From assembly GCA_964016885.1 (NCBI GenBank), contig OZ024746.1, forward strand, positions 3,038,001 to 3,102,000: a stretch of DNA of 64,000 nt, given 5' to 3'. Below are positions 13,159-27,204 of the stretch, piece by piece. Within the stretch, counting starts at the first letter, position 1; each line of letters begins with the position of its first letter. Position numbers and translations under genes: made by a program. The stretch is from Eledone cirrhosa. Taxonomy: Eukaryota. The notes beneath the pieces were generated by a model. It was not told the origin of the DNA. It worked only from the letters and a program-made list of their open reading frames with translations, and made no database searches.

Positions 13159-15366
13159 GGTACTTCACATATGGATGCTCACACATTAGATGTCTCAATA
13201 AAGAACTATCATATGTTATACCAACCCTCAGTAAAGAACTATCATATGTAATAGATGTATTTTAATCCATAACTTTATTATATTTCTTGTTTGTGTATTT
13301 TTAGTTTAAATTTCAACTGATGTAGATAAAATAAAATAGGGTTTTGAAATTAGGAATTATAACTAGTTCTAAAGTCATCATTAGCACCTGAAAAAGATCC
13401 AAAGTATCAGGTATTTTGGTTTGCTTTTGATTAGGCAATTTGTATTTCTCTTTTAATGGTTTCCATGCATATAATTAGATAGATATCTTATAATCTCTTT
13501 TAGGTAAATTGCCACCTTCTGCTGTGACATAGTCAAAAGTCTATAGAGAGATGATGTTTGTCAGACTGACATGTCTTTTGATGCACTAAATAACTCCAAA
13601 ATCTTTAATGGTGTCCCCTCAAATCAAAGTCTTATGTAACATCAATTCAATTTACTACTGGAAACTATTTTATCGACTTCACAAAATAAACCTTAACTGC
13701 TGAGTTCAGATGTTGATCTTGTTAATTTTGCAATGATGTTTAGAAAAAAAAAAAAGGTAAATCAGGAAACTATCACTTAAAAAGATAAAAGAGAAAGCAA
13801 AACAGCATAAAATTTGCTGTATTAAGGCTTTGCTGTTATCAAGATTCTATAATCTTGTTTTCAACAGAGACCATTTGTGATAATGGCAGAAAAAAGTGTA
13901 TGTAGATTAATGATGAAGTTACTTGAGGCGTCTCAGCTGAGATCCTGATTTATAATTATTACTTGTATTTTGAAAAAAACTAATTTGGTGATCATTGAGT
14001 AAAGGTAGCTTCCACCTCCAAATTTCTTTTCCTTTTTTTGTAAGGACAAAATAGAAATTAGCATGATTCCATGGCAGTAGTTGGGATACCTTTAAAAAAC
14101 ATTTCTCAATCTTAGAATTGCTATTTATTTTATTCTCTCTCATTGATGTTTTCATTTTTCCTATCTTATTTGCCTGCAGTAGGTGTAGGAAAATGATGTT
14201 TGCTGTTGATGTAAAGCAGAAAACATATTTTGTAAAATAACACTTTAAATAAATAAAACATAAACTAAAATAACATCTATTTTATTTTTCTTTAAATTTT
14301 GTCTTCTATCTTATGTTAGTTGAACAAAAAGCAGAAGAAAACTTTAGTGTACAAAATAACATTTTTTTTTCCCCTCTCTCTTACTGTTTAATTTATTTGG
14401 TTTATTTTGATTCTGTAGGTCACTTAAATTTTATTTATTTTAACTCTGCCAAACTATTTCTATTAATGTTTTATATCGTCTATATACAATGTCAGCGATA
14501 TGGCACAAACTGTTAAAATTCCACACTATATTCCTTAGAGAATTTAGTATAGAACTTTATCCATTTGTAATTATGGGTTTTATATTGAATAATAATAATA
14601 ATATTCAATTCATTTGCAAGCAAACAACCTCATTATGCTATGTTTTGTTTTTGATGACCATTGTCATCCATTTGCTTGCAAATGAATCAAATATTATTAT
14701 TATTATAGTAGTGTTTTTGCTCCGTGAACATAAATAAATAATATATATGTATATATAAACAGCATTGTACAAAAGCTTTAAAATTATCTTTATATTTTCT
14801 AAGCTTTGCTTTCTCTAAAAAACAGAGGTTAGTGGCTTTAAAATGATTAAATAGGTTTGGCATCTTAAAGTTTAAAAACTTTGCTTCAAACTACAGTTTA
14901 ATACCCACAACAGGATACATTCTGATAATTCAGTGCCAGCAGCCCAAATCAATACCCTCTTGTTTAGTGTCTTTCAGGTCAATTTCTAAAAGAATATAAT
15001 ACCTTATATAGTATTAGATTCTTTATGAAGCTTTGATGTGTAGAATATTTGAAGTTCAGTTGGAAAATACTTCACTGTTGAAATATATCTCTGTAAAGTT
15101 TAATGGTGATAAGAGAGAGAGAGATTACAGATTGTAAAATGAAAACCTTTGCTTCATTTGCTCTAGCTTTAGCATACATAATATTACCACACCTTTATGT
15201 TGTTGCCATCTTGATAATTGTAGCCAGACATCTTTCTAACTAATGTAACACATCTGGTAGACGTTGAATACATGGATGGTTGATAACTATTGATTGTAAT
15301 ATCATACTTCTCTTATAGTTTGGCTTTTTTTTAAATTTTTCTCTTTGGCCTAAACAACATACTGCC

Positions 15367-15668
15367 TTAACCCTTTCATGACTACATTTCTAATGAAATA
15401 CTCTGATTTAATTGATTAATGAAGAATTTTGACGGATTTATTAAAATTATTAATTATTTCATTACTAAGATAATAACTTAATGTAAAGTTCTTATATAAA
15501 ATTATGTTGGAAGATTTTAATATAAATTGGAAACCTTTAAAATGGATGGTTTTATTTCATAGAACCAGAGCCGGTTTTGGTTGGGTTGGTAACTAAAAGG
15601 TTAATGTAGGTGGTTTTGTTTCATAGAACTAGAGCTGGTTTTGACCAGCTTGGTAACTAAAGGGTTAA
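15367..15668 (-). mobile_element. piggyBac-like MITE family B (two terminal units)
   Basis: TTAA|ccctttcatg ... actaaaggg|TTAA; reverse-complement match to 12795-13158. Confidence 0.85.
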
Positions 15669-16569
15669 TTGTGCAATGCAAATAATTGTTGGTGATTTTT
15701 GCCTCTTTATTTTCTTTAACTGAAATTGGTGTTTGAACATTAATTTCTGAGGTGTAAGTTCTTTGCTCAATTGTTTCCGTCTTGGTTTTTCACATATTTA
15801 TTTGTTTGTGTTATAAAACCATGCAATGATTCTTATTTTCCCAAAGTAGCAATAATAGTAAAATATGAGAAACCACTGTTACACTGGATTATTTTAGTTC
15901 TATATATTTCAGAAAGTATTCCTTTTATTTATTTAGTATGTAGTGAATGAATATACTTTGTTCAGTTGAATTTGCTTTAAGTGATGCACTTTCTCACAGA
16001 ATAAGATCCATCCAATAAAAACTTGTTCTAGCAGAACACTTAGACTACTTATATACTTTAAGTAGCAAGCTCTTATATCTCATACTTCTCAATGAGTAGC
16101 TCACTTCTTAGAAGTTTTAAAATTTCTGAAAAATATATTTGGTTAAAGTTTTAAAGAAAATCTTTTCCTCCTTTTTATAAATTTATTTTTATAAATTTAT
16201 TTTCATGTATTAGTTTTTTTATTTTTTATATTGTTGGATTTGTGAAAATATTTCTTATAATTTTGTTTCTCTTTCTCGGTTGTAAACAAATTGGGCCGAG
16301 ATTCTTCCCCACTTGTGAATATTGTAGTATTTCTGAGTAATTTGTATGTTTACTGCTCGGGGTGTAAATGATTGAAATAGACAGAACAAAAAACGAAAAA
16401 TATATTTTATTTCACATTTATGAAAAAATATATTTTTCCATGTAGAATAGTGAAAGTTATTTTAATTTTCACCACTTTATCCATGATCAGAGAATTGAGT
16501 TTTAAATCCATAAATGTGGATATCTATTCATATAATTTACAGCATGTAATTTATGTATGTTCATCTCCC

Positions 16570-17096
16570 TTAACCCTTTAGCATTTAAACCGGCCATATC
16601 TGGCCTGAATTCTCTCACCTCTTTCTGTTAAACTGGCCATAACTAGCCACTCATATTGATGTTAAGGTATTGTTCTCAAAGTAAATAATATCAAAATCTC
16701 ATAGATTCGATTTATGTGAGATAATTATGTAAGATAATCGAAAGGTTGTGAGTTCAATTCTCAGACCCGGTGATGTGTTGTTTCCTTGAGCAAGACACTT
16801 TATTTCACATTGCTCCAGTTTACTCAGCTGTAGAAATGAGATGATAGGGACCCCAGTCCCTATCATTCCACTGCAAAGTGGTCGTGGAGGTGCCACGGCA
16901 TAAAAGCACCCAGCACTCACTGTAAATGAGGTTGGTGTTAGGAAGGGCATCCAGCTGTAGAAATCAAGCCAGAATCAGTTCCCGTCCCACCCTTGCAAGC
17001 AGGGAAAAAGCGGGCGTAAAATGAAAATGAAATGAAAAACCTTTACTGTGAAAATACAATAGTATATATAGAGTAATGTAAATGCTAAAGGGTTAA
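16570..17096 (+). mobile_element. piggyBac-like MITE family A interrupted by a SINE
   Basis: TTAA|ccctttagcattta ... taaatgctaaaggg|TTAA 14-bp TIRs. Uninterrupted copies are ~185-225 bp. Confidence 0.88.
16737..17036 (+). mobile_element. tRNA-derived SINE with RTE-derived 3' tail (5'-truncated), nested in MITE
   Basis: B-box gagttcaattct. The 3' part (ggtcgtggaggtgccacggc...ggaagggcatccagctgtagaaatcaagcca) matches the RTE 3' UTR. Tail is atgaaa repeats. Confidence 0.85.
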
Positions 17097-17314
17097 AACA
17101 TAAAAATGACATAGTTTTATTGTGAATGCTTATAATATCTGTAGGAAAATAAATATTTTATTTCTGAATTTAAAACAATGTCTCTAATCTTTATTGTCAT
17201 AGTGTTTGGTCATGAGCACTACAATAAATCAGTTTAGCTAAATGCTGCCATAGTAACTTACATTATTTATTCTGTTTCATATATTTATTCTTATTTAGAC
17301 ACTCATTCATATAT

Positions 17315-17460
17315 TTAACCCTTTAGCATTTACATTACTCTCTATATATACTATTGCATTTTTGTGTTAAAGTTTGAGATTTTGATGTTATTTGAGAAAA
17401 ATACCTTAACATCAGTATGAGTAGCCAGTTACGGCCGGTTTGAACAGAAATAGGTGAAAT
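17315..17460 (-). mobile_element. Partial MITE family A copy
   Basis: TTAA|ccctttagcatttacattactc is the reverse complement of the family A right end. Confidence 0.75.
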
Positions 17461-17955
17461 TTTTTTATTACATACATATCTTGTGGTTGTTTAGGTGATG
17501 TACATGCACTCTGATAAAAGCCCAGCTCGGCTTGAAAACCAGTTAAAGGTGTTTATATCATGTTTTTCAATTTACAGGGAAATATTTGGATTGTTTAAAT
17601 GTCTATATACTAAAAATGTGTAAATCTCTTCTCACATTTACTCAGTTTTGATTTCTTCTATTCTGTATATCATATATACTTTGGCTGCTTAGTGCACAAC
17701 TTAATGTATTACCTGAAGTATACAACTAAGATTGTCTGGCATATGACCGGTCATACTCTAATAATAGATATAGTTATCAGAATGTTTTAATACATCATTG
17801 GATATAAAAAAACAAATTACTTCTATATTTTATGTTTTTGATGACAGTCAGACTCCACTTGAGCTTTAATCACATTTCCCCATATTTTCTCAATTAATCA
17901 TTTATCTACAACCCTTCTTGAAATGAACTTAACCACTTAAGTGATCTTTGTTTCA

Positions 17956-18110
17956 AATAATTGTTTCTACTTTAGGCACAAGGCCAGCAATTACCCAGTA
18001 CATTACTGGTACTTTATTTTATCGACCCCGTAAGGATGAAAGGCAAAGTACTGTAAAGAGACATAACTATGCTAGAAAGCATGGCATCCAACCATCTACC
18101 GATACTGCCA
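17956..18110 (-). mobile_element. Meta/MESC-domain SINE, internally deleted copy
   Basis: ggtactttattttatcgaccccgtaaggatgaaaggcaaagt is shared with the copies at 18785 and 33878. Confidence 0.75.
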
Positions 18111-18198
18111 ATGTTTCAAATAATATCTGCTTTTTCTATAGCCCAATGTCCTTTATGACACCAACCCATACTTTTCAGTACGGTAGAGATTCACTGGC

Positions 18199-18380
18199 TT
18201 AAACCTTTAGTTACCAACTATGATTCTAGTTCTATGAATAAAACCACCCATTTTAAAGGTTTCCAATTTCAATTAAAATCTTCCAACATAATTTTATATC
18301 AGAACCTTACAGTAAGTTACTATCTTAGTAATGAAATGATTAATAATTTTAGTTAATCCCTCAAAAATTTTCATTAACTG
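18199..18380 (+). mobile_element. Partial MITE family B copy
   Basis: cctttagttaccaac...aaaccacccattttaaaggtttccaatt matches family B. Confidence 0.75.
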
Positions 18381-18784
18381 GTTGTGAAACAAACTCCTTA
18401 ACCATCCAGCCATGCTTATTAAGTTAGTGCTAACATAGTTAATGCTGGGAGTATTAATAAGTCAATTTGAAATAATTATGTGTTTGAGAAAAAAAAATGA
18501 AATTAGTCACTGATTAATATTAATTTCATTATTTTGAAAAAAGCCAGAGAGATAGGTTCCAGTTTTATTATGATTTCTTCAGCTAAACATAGACTTCACT
18601 GTGTTTGCTGAATCAGTAATTGAAGAATCATTAAACATATTGTACATTGATACTTTTGATTTATCCCAGATGGCTGAAATAGGACAGGGAAAATTAGTTC
18701 TTTTGAATCTGATGGCAGCAACATTTATGGTTATTCTAAATGTCCTACAAACTTTCGGCTACTCTGTTTAAATGGGTTTACGTA

Positions 18785-19003
18785 ATAATTGTTTCTAATT
18801 TAAGCACAAGGACAGCAATTTGGGGGGAGGGGAAGTCAATTAAATTGACCCCAGTGCATTACTGGTACTTTATTTTATCGACCCTGTAAGGATGAAAGGC
18901 AAAGTTAACCTCGACGGGATTTGAACTCAGACCATAAAGGGCCGTAACTCTTTGTTGCAAAGCATGGTGTCCAACCCTCAACCGATACTGCTAAGCCACC
19001 GCC
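18785..19003 (-). mobile_element. Full-length tRNA-headed SINE with Meta/MESC-like core
   Basis: Minus strand has a ggcggtggcttagcag head, B-box gagttcaaatccc and core gcctttcatccttacagggtcgataaaataaagtaccag, resembling the MetaSINE/MESC domain. Confidence 0.8.
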
Positions 19004-19298
19004 CTCATAAATAAGTAAAATAGAAAGTAGAATAATAGAAACAGAACAGAACAAGATAACTGAGTTTCATTGTGAACATCTGTTCTTTGGAATTAGACAT
19101 TTCACAATTTCAATATATGTTGATTGCAGCAGGCAGTGTTTACAAACTCTGGAACTTCCTCTATATTGCTTCCTTATTCTTCATTTGTTAAACATTTTTT
19201 TCAATTTCTCTTTATTTGAACAACGTGATTATGTTGCTTTGGAATATTTTCTTCCTTTTAATTAGTATCCAACCCACTCTATCTTAAAGTAGCTACAC

Positions 19299-19345
19299 TG
19301 TAAATAAAAACAATATATATATTATATATATTGTTTTTATTTACA
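19299..19345. repeat. Palindrome with 23-bp arms and 1-nt centre in (TA)n
   Basis: tgtaaataaaaacaatatatata t tatatatattgtttttatttaca. Confidence 0.95.
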
Positions 19346-19419
19346 CTTTCTCTAGCAAATACATCATTAACTAGAATATTCTATCTGGATTATGTGTGTG
19401 TGTGTATATATATATATAT

Positions 19420-20152
19420 GACTGTATGATGCGTGTATCCGAACAACGATGTTGCATGGTAGTGAGACCTGGGCGCTGAAGGTGGAAGACTTACGTAGAT
19501 TAGAGAGAAACGAAGCCTGCATGCTCCGATGGATGTGTAACAGTAATATACGTGAACGACAAAGCATAAATGAATTGAGAGAGAGACTAAGCATAAGAGG
19601 AATCAAATGCTGTGTGCAGGAGAGGCGGTTGCGCTGGTATGGACATGTGATGCGTATGAAGGATGACAGCTGCATAAAAAGGTGCAGAGCATTAGAAGTC
19701 GATGGAAACCGCGGAGTGGGGAGACCCAAGATGACCTGGGATGAGGTGATAAAAGCCGACCTTACCCAATTACACCTCTCAAAGGTGATGACACACGACC
19801 GTGACCTCTGGCGTCACGCAGTAATACAGAGTACCCGACCTCCCATGGGTACAAGCTGAAGCATATAGACAATATGCCCCCACACCCCCCACCGCAAGAT
19901 GGTCGTGGAGGTGCCACGGCAAAAAAGCACCCAGCCCACACTGTAAAGTGGACGTGTAGGCGCCACGAAAAAGTATCCAGCTCTCACTGTAAATGAGGTT
20001 GGTATTAGGAAGGGCATCCAGCTGTAGAAATCAAGCCAAATCAGTTCCTGTATGAGCAAGACAAGGTCAGCCGACCAGACACTGTCCACAACAGGACAAC
20101 CCGTCTAACCCATGCTAGCGTGGAAGAACGGACGTAAAACGATGATGATGAT
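19420..20152 (+). mobile_element. 5'-truncated RTE-clade LINE
   Basis: ORF 19449-19859 reads [10 protein letters not shown]...LERNE...[12 protein letters not shown]...GRPKMTW, followed by the 3' UTR and (GAT)n tail. Confidence 0.93.
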
Positions 20153-20372
20153 ATATAAAGAGAGATAGGTAAAATCCAGACTGTGGTGTCAAATGGTTTC
20201 GGCTTGTATGTTGCACAAGCTGAAACCACTTGGTGCCACAGTCAATATTTTACCTAGTTCTGTACCCACTCTTCATCTCACCATTCTTTGACATAAACAC
20301 AATAGAATGTGACAGTATTATTGATTATTGATATTTGTTTTGTTTGTTCAGTCTTATTCTTTGTTTGAAGAG

Positions 20373-21198
20373 GTAGTGGGTTTTTTATGACATGTCTACA
20401 TCCCAGTTTCAAGTTGTAGCAACTGGTACATTTGGTTGTTTTAAGATGTAGTGGTTTTATTATGACATGTCTGCATCCCAGTTTCAAGTTGTAGCAACTG
20501 GTACATTTGGTTGTTTTAAGATGTAGTGGTTTTATTATGACATATCTGCATCCCAGTTTCAAGTTGTAGCAACTGGTACATTTGGTTGTTTTAAGATGTA
20601 GTGGTTTTATTATGACATATCTGCATCCCAGTTTCAAGTTGTAGCAACTGGTACATTTGGTTGTTTTAAGATGTAGTGGTTTTATTATGACATGTCTGCA
20701 TCCCAGTTTCAAGTTGTAGCAACTGGTACATTTGGTTGTTTTAAGATGTAGTGGTTTTATTATGACATATCTGCATCCCAGTTTCAAGTTGTAGCAACTG
20801 GTACATTTGGTTGTTTTAAGATGTAGTGGTTTTATTATGACATATCTGCATCCCAGTTTCAAGTTGTAGCAACTGGTACATTTGGTTGTTTTAAGATGTA
20901 GTGGTTTTATTATGACATATCTGCATCCCAGTTTCAAGTTGTAGCAACTGGTACATTTGGTTGTTTTAAGATGTAGTGGTTTTATTATGACATATCTGCA
21001 TCCCAGTTTCAAGTTGTAGCAACTGGTACATTTGGTTGTTTTAAGATGTAGTGGTTTTATTATGACATATCTGCATCCCAGTTTCAAGTTGTAGCAACTG
21101 GTACATTTGGTTGTTTTAAGATGTAGTGGTTTTATTATGACATGTCTGCATCCCAGTTTCAAGTTGTAGCAACTGGTACATTTGGTTGTTTTAAGATT
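20373..21198. repeat. 75-bp minisatellite, ~11 near-identical copies
   Basis: tcccagtttc recurs at 20401, 20476 and onward with period 75. Units differ mainly at catatct/catgtct. Confidence 0.97.
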
Positions 21199-21303
21199 TA
21201 GAGAGGGGGAGATCATCTGAGTAACAACTCTTATCAGTTTTCAGTGGAAAAATATGCTTAAATTTTCTTATTGTTTTGTCATATCTTTCTATATAATTAT
21301 CAA

Positions 21304-21436
21304 GGTAGCAAATTGGCAGAGCTGTTATGCATTGGATTAAAATATAACTTGGCTCTGAGTTCAAATCCTGCCATGGTCAACTTGACCTCCCATTCTTTTG
21401 AGGTTGATGAGGAACCAGCCCAGTACTGGGGTTGGT
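21304..21436 (+). mobile_element. Degenerate Meta-type SINE
   Basis: ctgagttcaaatcctgccatggtcaacttgacctcccattcttttgaggttgatga resembles the 18785 family. A similar relic lies at ~22345-22523. Confidence 0.6.
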
Positions 21437-22635
21437 TCTTCCTTTCTCTCTCTTTATCACTTTTACATTTGTTTCTCTGGAAATAATCAGCTGAGCTCTG
21501 ATCTGGACAAAGCTCTGCTAGTTTTAAAATGTCCAAGGCTTGCTGTGTATCAGGATGGCACTCCTACTATGGGTGTTCATTTTTTTACCATTTTTTAAAA
21601 ATCTTTAATTATAGACATTGTTTTATAACTGGACATTGCTCTGATTGTTAGGATTTTTTCTGTATTTAGATTACAGATTTGTGTTGTGTAGAGTAAAATC
21701 TCTTACATGAGCAAAAATACTAATTACAATATGTGAACACATCGTTGTCATTGTTTCTCTGTCATTAAATTCACCATTGTTTAGCAGAAAGTATTTTGTT
21801 GTGCCATAAGTTATTCTAGATCTCAAGTTTTTAGTGAAGCAGTTCCCAACTTGAGGCCCACAAAAGTAAAGTAGGGTGGGTGGGGCCTGGAGGAAAATTT
21901 CAAGTATTTTGTTAAAAATATCCTATGAACACACAGTTGAATAGCCATTCTTTTCTCAACATTTCTTTCAATTGTTACTCTTGTCATATAACATAGGGAC
22001 TCATTGTAACCAGTAGGGTAAATGGGAAAATTAATTTAACTAAAAGGAGGCTTTGGTAGTGAAACATTTTGGAATAACAAAACTCTTAAATTCTAGAGCC
22101 ACTCTGCTCATATGATAGAGATTTATAATTGGAGTAAAGTGTGCTTGTTAGTGAAATGTGAACTATTAACCTTTGAGTCATTGTTATGACATCCCAACGA
22201 CTTCACCTGCCATTGTGGCTCAGATTTGGCTTTCTTGAAATTTTCATTTCTCTCTATTTATTTTCGAATTCATTTGAAATAATCAAGAATTTGGAAAGGT
22301 TTAGTAATATAACTTTTTATTATTAAGCTGGTGAGGTCTGTGGATTGGTAGAATTGTCAGTATGCTTCATGAAGTGCATTGTACATTACAGCCCTCTACA
22401 TTCTGGTTTCAAATCCCACTAACGTTAACTTTGCCTTTCATCTTTCCAAGGTTGTTAAAATATCAAATACTGGGTCAATTTAGCTGACTTACCCAAAATT
22501 TCTGACCTTGTGCCTATGTTAGGCAGCGTTTCAAACATAATTTAACATAATTATGATGGAAGGTTTTCTACATAAACATAAGCAGTTAAAAATAATCAGT
22601 TTTGTATCAGAGAACTATGGGGTAGTTTCAGGCAC

Positions 22636-22752
<117 letters not shown>

Positions 22753-23619
22753 TAGTTTCCAAACATTATTCAGAAGCAGAAAAGTATATTTGATTCTTTA
22801 TTTAACATATCGTTACATTGTAGATTTCTCTTTCAAATTAGTCCAATATTATTCTTTGCTATTATTGATCTCCAATTAATGTTTGCACTTGTTTTAATTT
22901 CATACTGACCTTGTTGAAAACTTGGCTTCTTATGTGTCATTATATCCTCTTTCAATTAGAGATGAAATTGGAATAACTAGCAACTTGAATGTCACTTTAA
23001 GATTGCCTCCACCACATCACCTCCACCCACCGCCACCACATCACCTCCACCCCACCACCACAACCACCTTATAATTTAGTTCAATGGATTTTTGTGCTAA
23101 AATGTTTCTGTTCCTAATTTACGATCTGGACCTCCCCCATAACTGACACACACACACACACACACTTGTATAATCTGGACCCCCCCCCCCCCCCCCATAT
23201 GCAGATACACACACATAAATATACAAATAAAATTGTGTTTTTTAATTCAAATTTTAACGTAGAAATTCATTTGAAATGTTGTCATTTTAAAATTGGAATA
23301 TTTAGTTTCCTTGTGTTATTTTTTAAAAAGCCAGCATACATTATTGGCAATTCTAATGGTAAATTGAACCATAACATTAACATTCTATTCTCTAATGCAT
23401 AATGGACATTTTATTTGTCTTGTATTTTATAAAAAAAAATTAATGGTAAAAGACAAGGTGAAGTCATTGATTAGGGGCTATAATTAAGGTTAATGTAAAT
23501 GTGATATATAGCCAATGGTTACTGGAAATTTTAAAATTTCCTTCAATTTCATTTCAGAGGTGTGGTGAGAGTGGATGAATTGTAATTATAAAATAGAAGA
23601 GGGAAATATAATTAAAATT

Positions 23620-23621
23620 AT

Positions 23622-23667
<46 letters not shown>

Positions 23668-23707
23668 GCGCACGCGCGCGCACACACACCACACACCACA
23701 CACCACA

Positions 23708-23755
<48 letters not shown>

Positions 23756-23873
23756 CTACTGTGAATGTCCAAATAAACTACCATAAAAAAATTGGTTTAA
23801 TTAGTTGTGCTTTGTGTGTCTTGAAATATGAGTTGGCTGTCAGTCAAATTATATCTATCTATCTATCTATCTA

Positions 23874-23910
<37 letters not shown>
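23620..23910. repeat. Compound microsatellites (TA)n/(CA)n/(TATC)n
   Basis: Read directly from the sequence. Confidence 0.9.
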
Positions 23911-23913
<3 letters not shown>

Positions 23914-25982
23914 ACATTTACATTCAAATGTATGCACATACATATATTCAATGAATTATTCAAGTTTTAGTAGTAAATTCTCTAAATTATGGATTGTAAA
24001 ATGTAAGAAAAAGAAAAAAACATGTTCTTATAATTATGAAGACAAATTGGTTGAATGCTTTCATTGATGTTACATTAATTTCAGAAGGTGTATGGAATGC
24101 AAATGGTTGCTTGTTGCATTAAAAATGGCTTTGAACAAGCAGCTATGTTTGGATATTGGAAAATGATTTTTAACTCCATGATGTAAGTTTATTATAATCA
24201 TGCTAAGAAAAGAGGTAGTGGATAGCAATATGATTGGTAAAAATATACTAGTATGTTTGGAAGGTCTTCTCAGTTGTGTGAAAGACATGTCAACTTACCA
24301 AGTGTTGGTGATCTTCGTGATAAATACACCCAATAAACTCTGTAAAGTGGCTGGTAACAGGAAAGGCATCCATCCATAGAAAACCCGACAAAAGGTTAAG
24401 AGGACTCTTAAGCTGTATCAAAGACATGACAACCTCCCCAGTGCTGGTGCGATGATAAAATGGCACTCAGTAGTGCATGGGAATGTATGTAAGCTAGATG
24501 TATCGTCTGCCAATCTGAGAGGTCAATAGCTCTGCTTGGATACTGAGTTGGTCAGTGAAGACCTATCCAACCCATGGAACATTGTGGAAAAATGGATGTT
24601 AAACAGTGATGAGAAGGATTAACAGTACATGTAGAATGAAATAGCTCACATAACTAAATCACTCTGGCTTTATTTAGGACTGTATTTTATAGTTTCAAAA
24701 GAAAATTGCTTTTTGCATCATCCAAATAGAGGATAACTATTTGTTGAAAATTAGATATCTATAGATTTTTAAAAATAAATAATTTCTTTTCTTTTTCAAT
24801 ATTATTCTTGTCGCAACTGATTACCTCTAAAAGGATTGTAGTTTCTGACAGAAATTTATCATCAAATACTGAAGTGGATAATATTCTGATTTATGGTTAT
24901 TTTATAGCCTACCCTCTTCTTATGTGTAGGAGAAAAATCCTTTCAATTGCATCTGATAATGACTTCACAACTGTTCTTCATAGTAAATATTTTCTCTTCC
25001 TTATCAGAGATAACTGATTCATTATATAGAGCTGTTACTCTCAAAATATCAGTTAACTACCACTACTCCTATCATTGGTTTTCATATTTCCTGTATTACT
25101 TCCTGATTTTTAACTTTATTTTTGCTTAGAAAAGTTTGTTCTACTTTGATTACATCAACTGGGTCAGCAACTGACAAAGATTTTACTTTGTAAATTGTAC
25201 AGTTGGCATAGTAACAGAACACTAGATTAAGAACTTTATGGCACAACATTCAGAACTTCACAATGAATATGAAGTTAACCTTGTAGTTCTGGGGTCTGTA
25301 AATTATGTGCTAGTAGAATATTTGGTTTGAGGGCCAGAATTTAATGAGGTAATAACATTCACTTAACTCTTTACTTGAAATCAATGATAGAAAAAGTTGT
25401 TGATTGCCTCTAGCCAAGGCCAGCCACATTTTTATATTATATGAAAGTGTGTGAATATGTATGAAATTATATGAATTAGCAGCTAAGATTTTCAATGTAA
25501 AGTAATAGCCATTATATAAGAACTAATTTGATACAGAAAAAACAGCACGTCCAGGATTGTCATCATGACTATTAACAGGAATCGAAAATAGTTTTTATTT
25601 GTATTAGAGTTGAGACTTGCATTGTCATCAGCATCATCATCATCGACATCACTGTTATCACCACCACCACCACCATCACAATTTTATGTTTTCTATGCTG
25701 GCATGGTTCAAATAAGTCCATACCCAGTTATGATCTTCCTAGACAGGTTGGATGACTACATCTTACCTGTGTATTCCAGTCTACCTTAGTTTCTATGGTT
25801 GGATGACTCTTCCTAACACCAACAACTTCTCAGTGCCCCCGGTGTAATTCTATTGTGGTAGCAGCACTTGAAGATTAGTATGTCCTCAGCATGACTAAAG
25901 ACTTCTTTTGAATCTATGTTAGCTCTAATTGCCAACCGTTTTACAGACTGTACTGGGTGCATTTTATCGAAATACGACTACT

Positions 25983-26017
<35 letters not shown>

Positions 26018-27204
26018 TTGCCTTGACCCTTGCAAGAACAGAGAGTTCTATCTATTCTGTGTTGCTTCCATTCTTTCAAGCAAAGGTAACAGAGAAGGTG
26101 ACTAGATGAAACTAATGACTAAATATGTGAAAGGAGTGAGAGAATGGTGGGTGAGGGAGACTGTGAAACAGTGAGAGGACAGTGGTAGGTGAGGGAGATA
26201 GCTATAGCTACATTATGGTCGATGGTTAGGAGATTGAATAGAATGTGGAGGCAGCCTGATGAGATAGTAATATAGATGAGTAAAGGTAGAAGAGAATGAG
26301 TGATGTGTAACAAGATGGAAGATAAGTGGTAAAGGTTACAGCAAACCCAAGAAATCTCTGTAGAATAAATATTGATTTCTAACATTGGCACAAGGCTCCC
26401 AATTTGGTAAGGAAAGTGCAAACAAATGCCAGTATTTGATTTGTAATAATCTTATTAACTTTAAAAACATGAAAGGCGGAAGTGGTCTAAAATATAAAGG
26501 GACATGACTAAATATAGTAAGGGATTTTGTTTGGCGTTGTACTGATTCTAAAATCTGTAAATATCAGTATAAAATTGTTGCTAAATTAATAAAGATATTA
26601 ATTTAGTGTATCTTCTGAACATTGATTTTGTATTTTCTCTTTTCAAAACTGAAGGCCATAAATAAAAAAATAAACCCTTGTATTATATTGCCAATGCATA
26701 TTGATTTTTGAAGAAAGAAAGAGAAAGAGAGAAAAGGTCAAGTGAGCTATGGTTGGATTTGATCACATGTGGTACTAATATATATGCAGTCAAGCATGCC
26801 TCAGCTTCTATACTCCATACAATATTGATTTATCTTATCTTAGACACAAAGAGGTTGTGTGACATTCATACTTAGCTGTTAGGATTACTTGGCAGATCAT
26901 TTGGGAATGTTACCTGAGATATTGTCATTCTATTCAGGGTTAGATATTTCACAACTTCTTAATACCACGAAACCAGAACAAATAACTGAGAAAAAATACC
27001 CAGGGGTGTCTGTTGCATGAAAAACAGGTAGTAAAGGGGGTGCTATCATACTTAAAGAAAATTTATTTAATTTAAATTCATAGTAAAAAAAAACAAAACA
27101 ACTGGTAATTATTTTAGTAAGAAAGGCTGAGGTGTCAAATTCCAGAATTCAAATTAAATGTAGAATGCAGTGGTGAATAAGTTGGTCTTCAGGAATATAA
27201 CAAC

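Noticed and set aside
20373-21198. Regular repeat with internal dyad resembling a CRISPR array
   Set aside because: Units are contiguous and near-identical with no unique spacers, there are no cas genes, and the context is eukaryotic.
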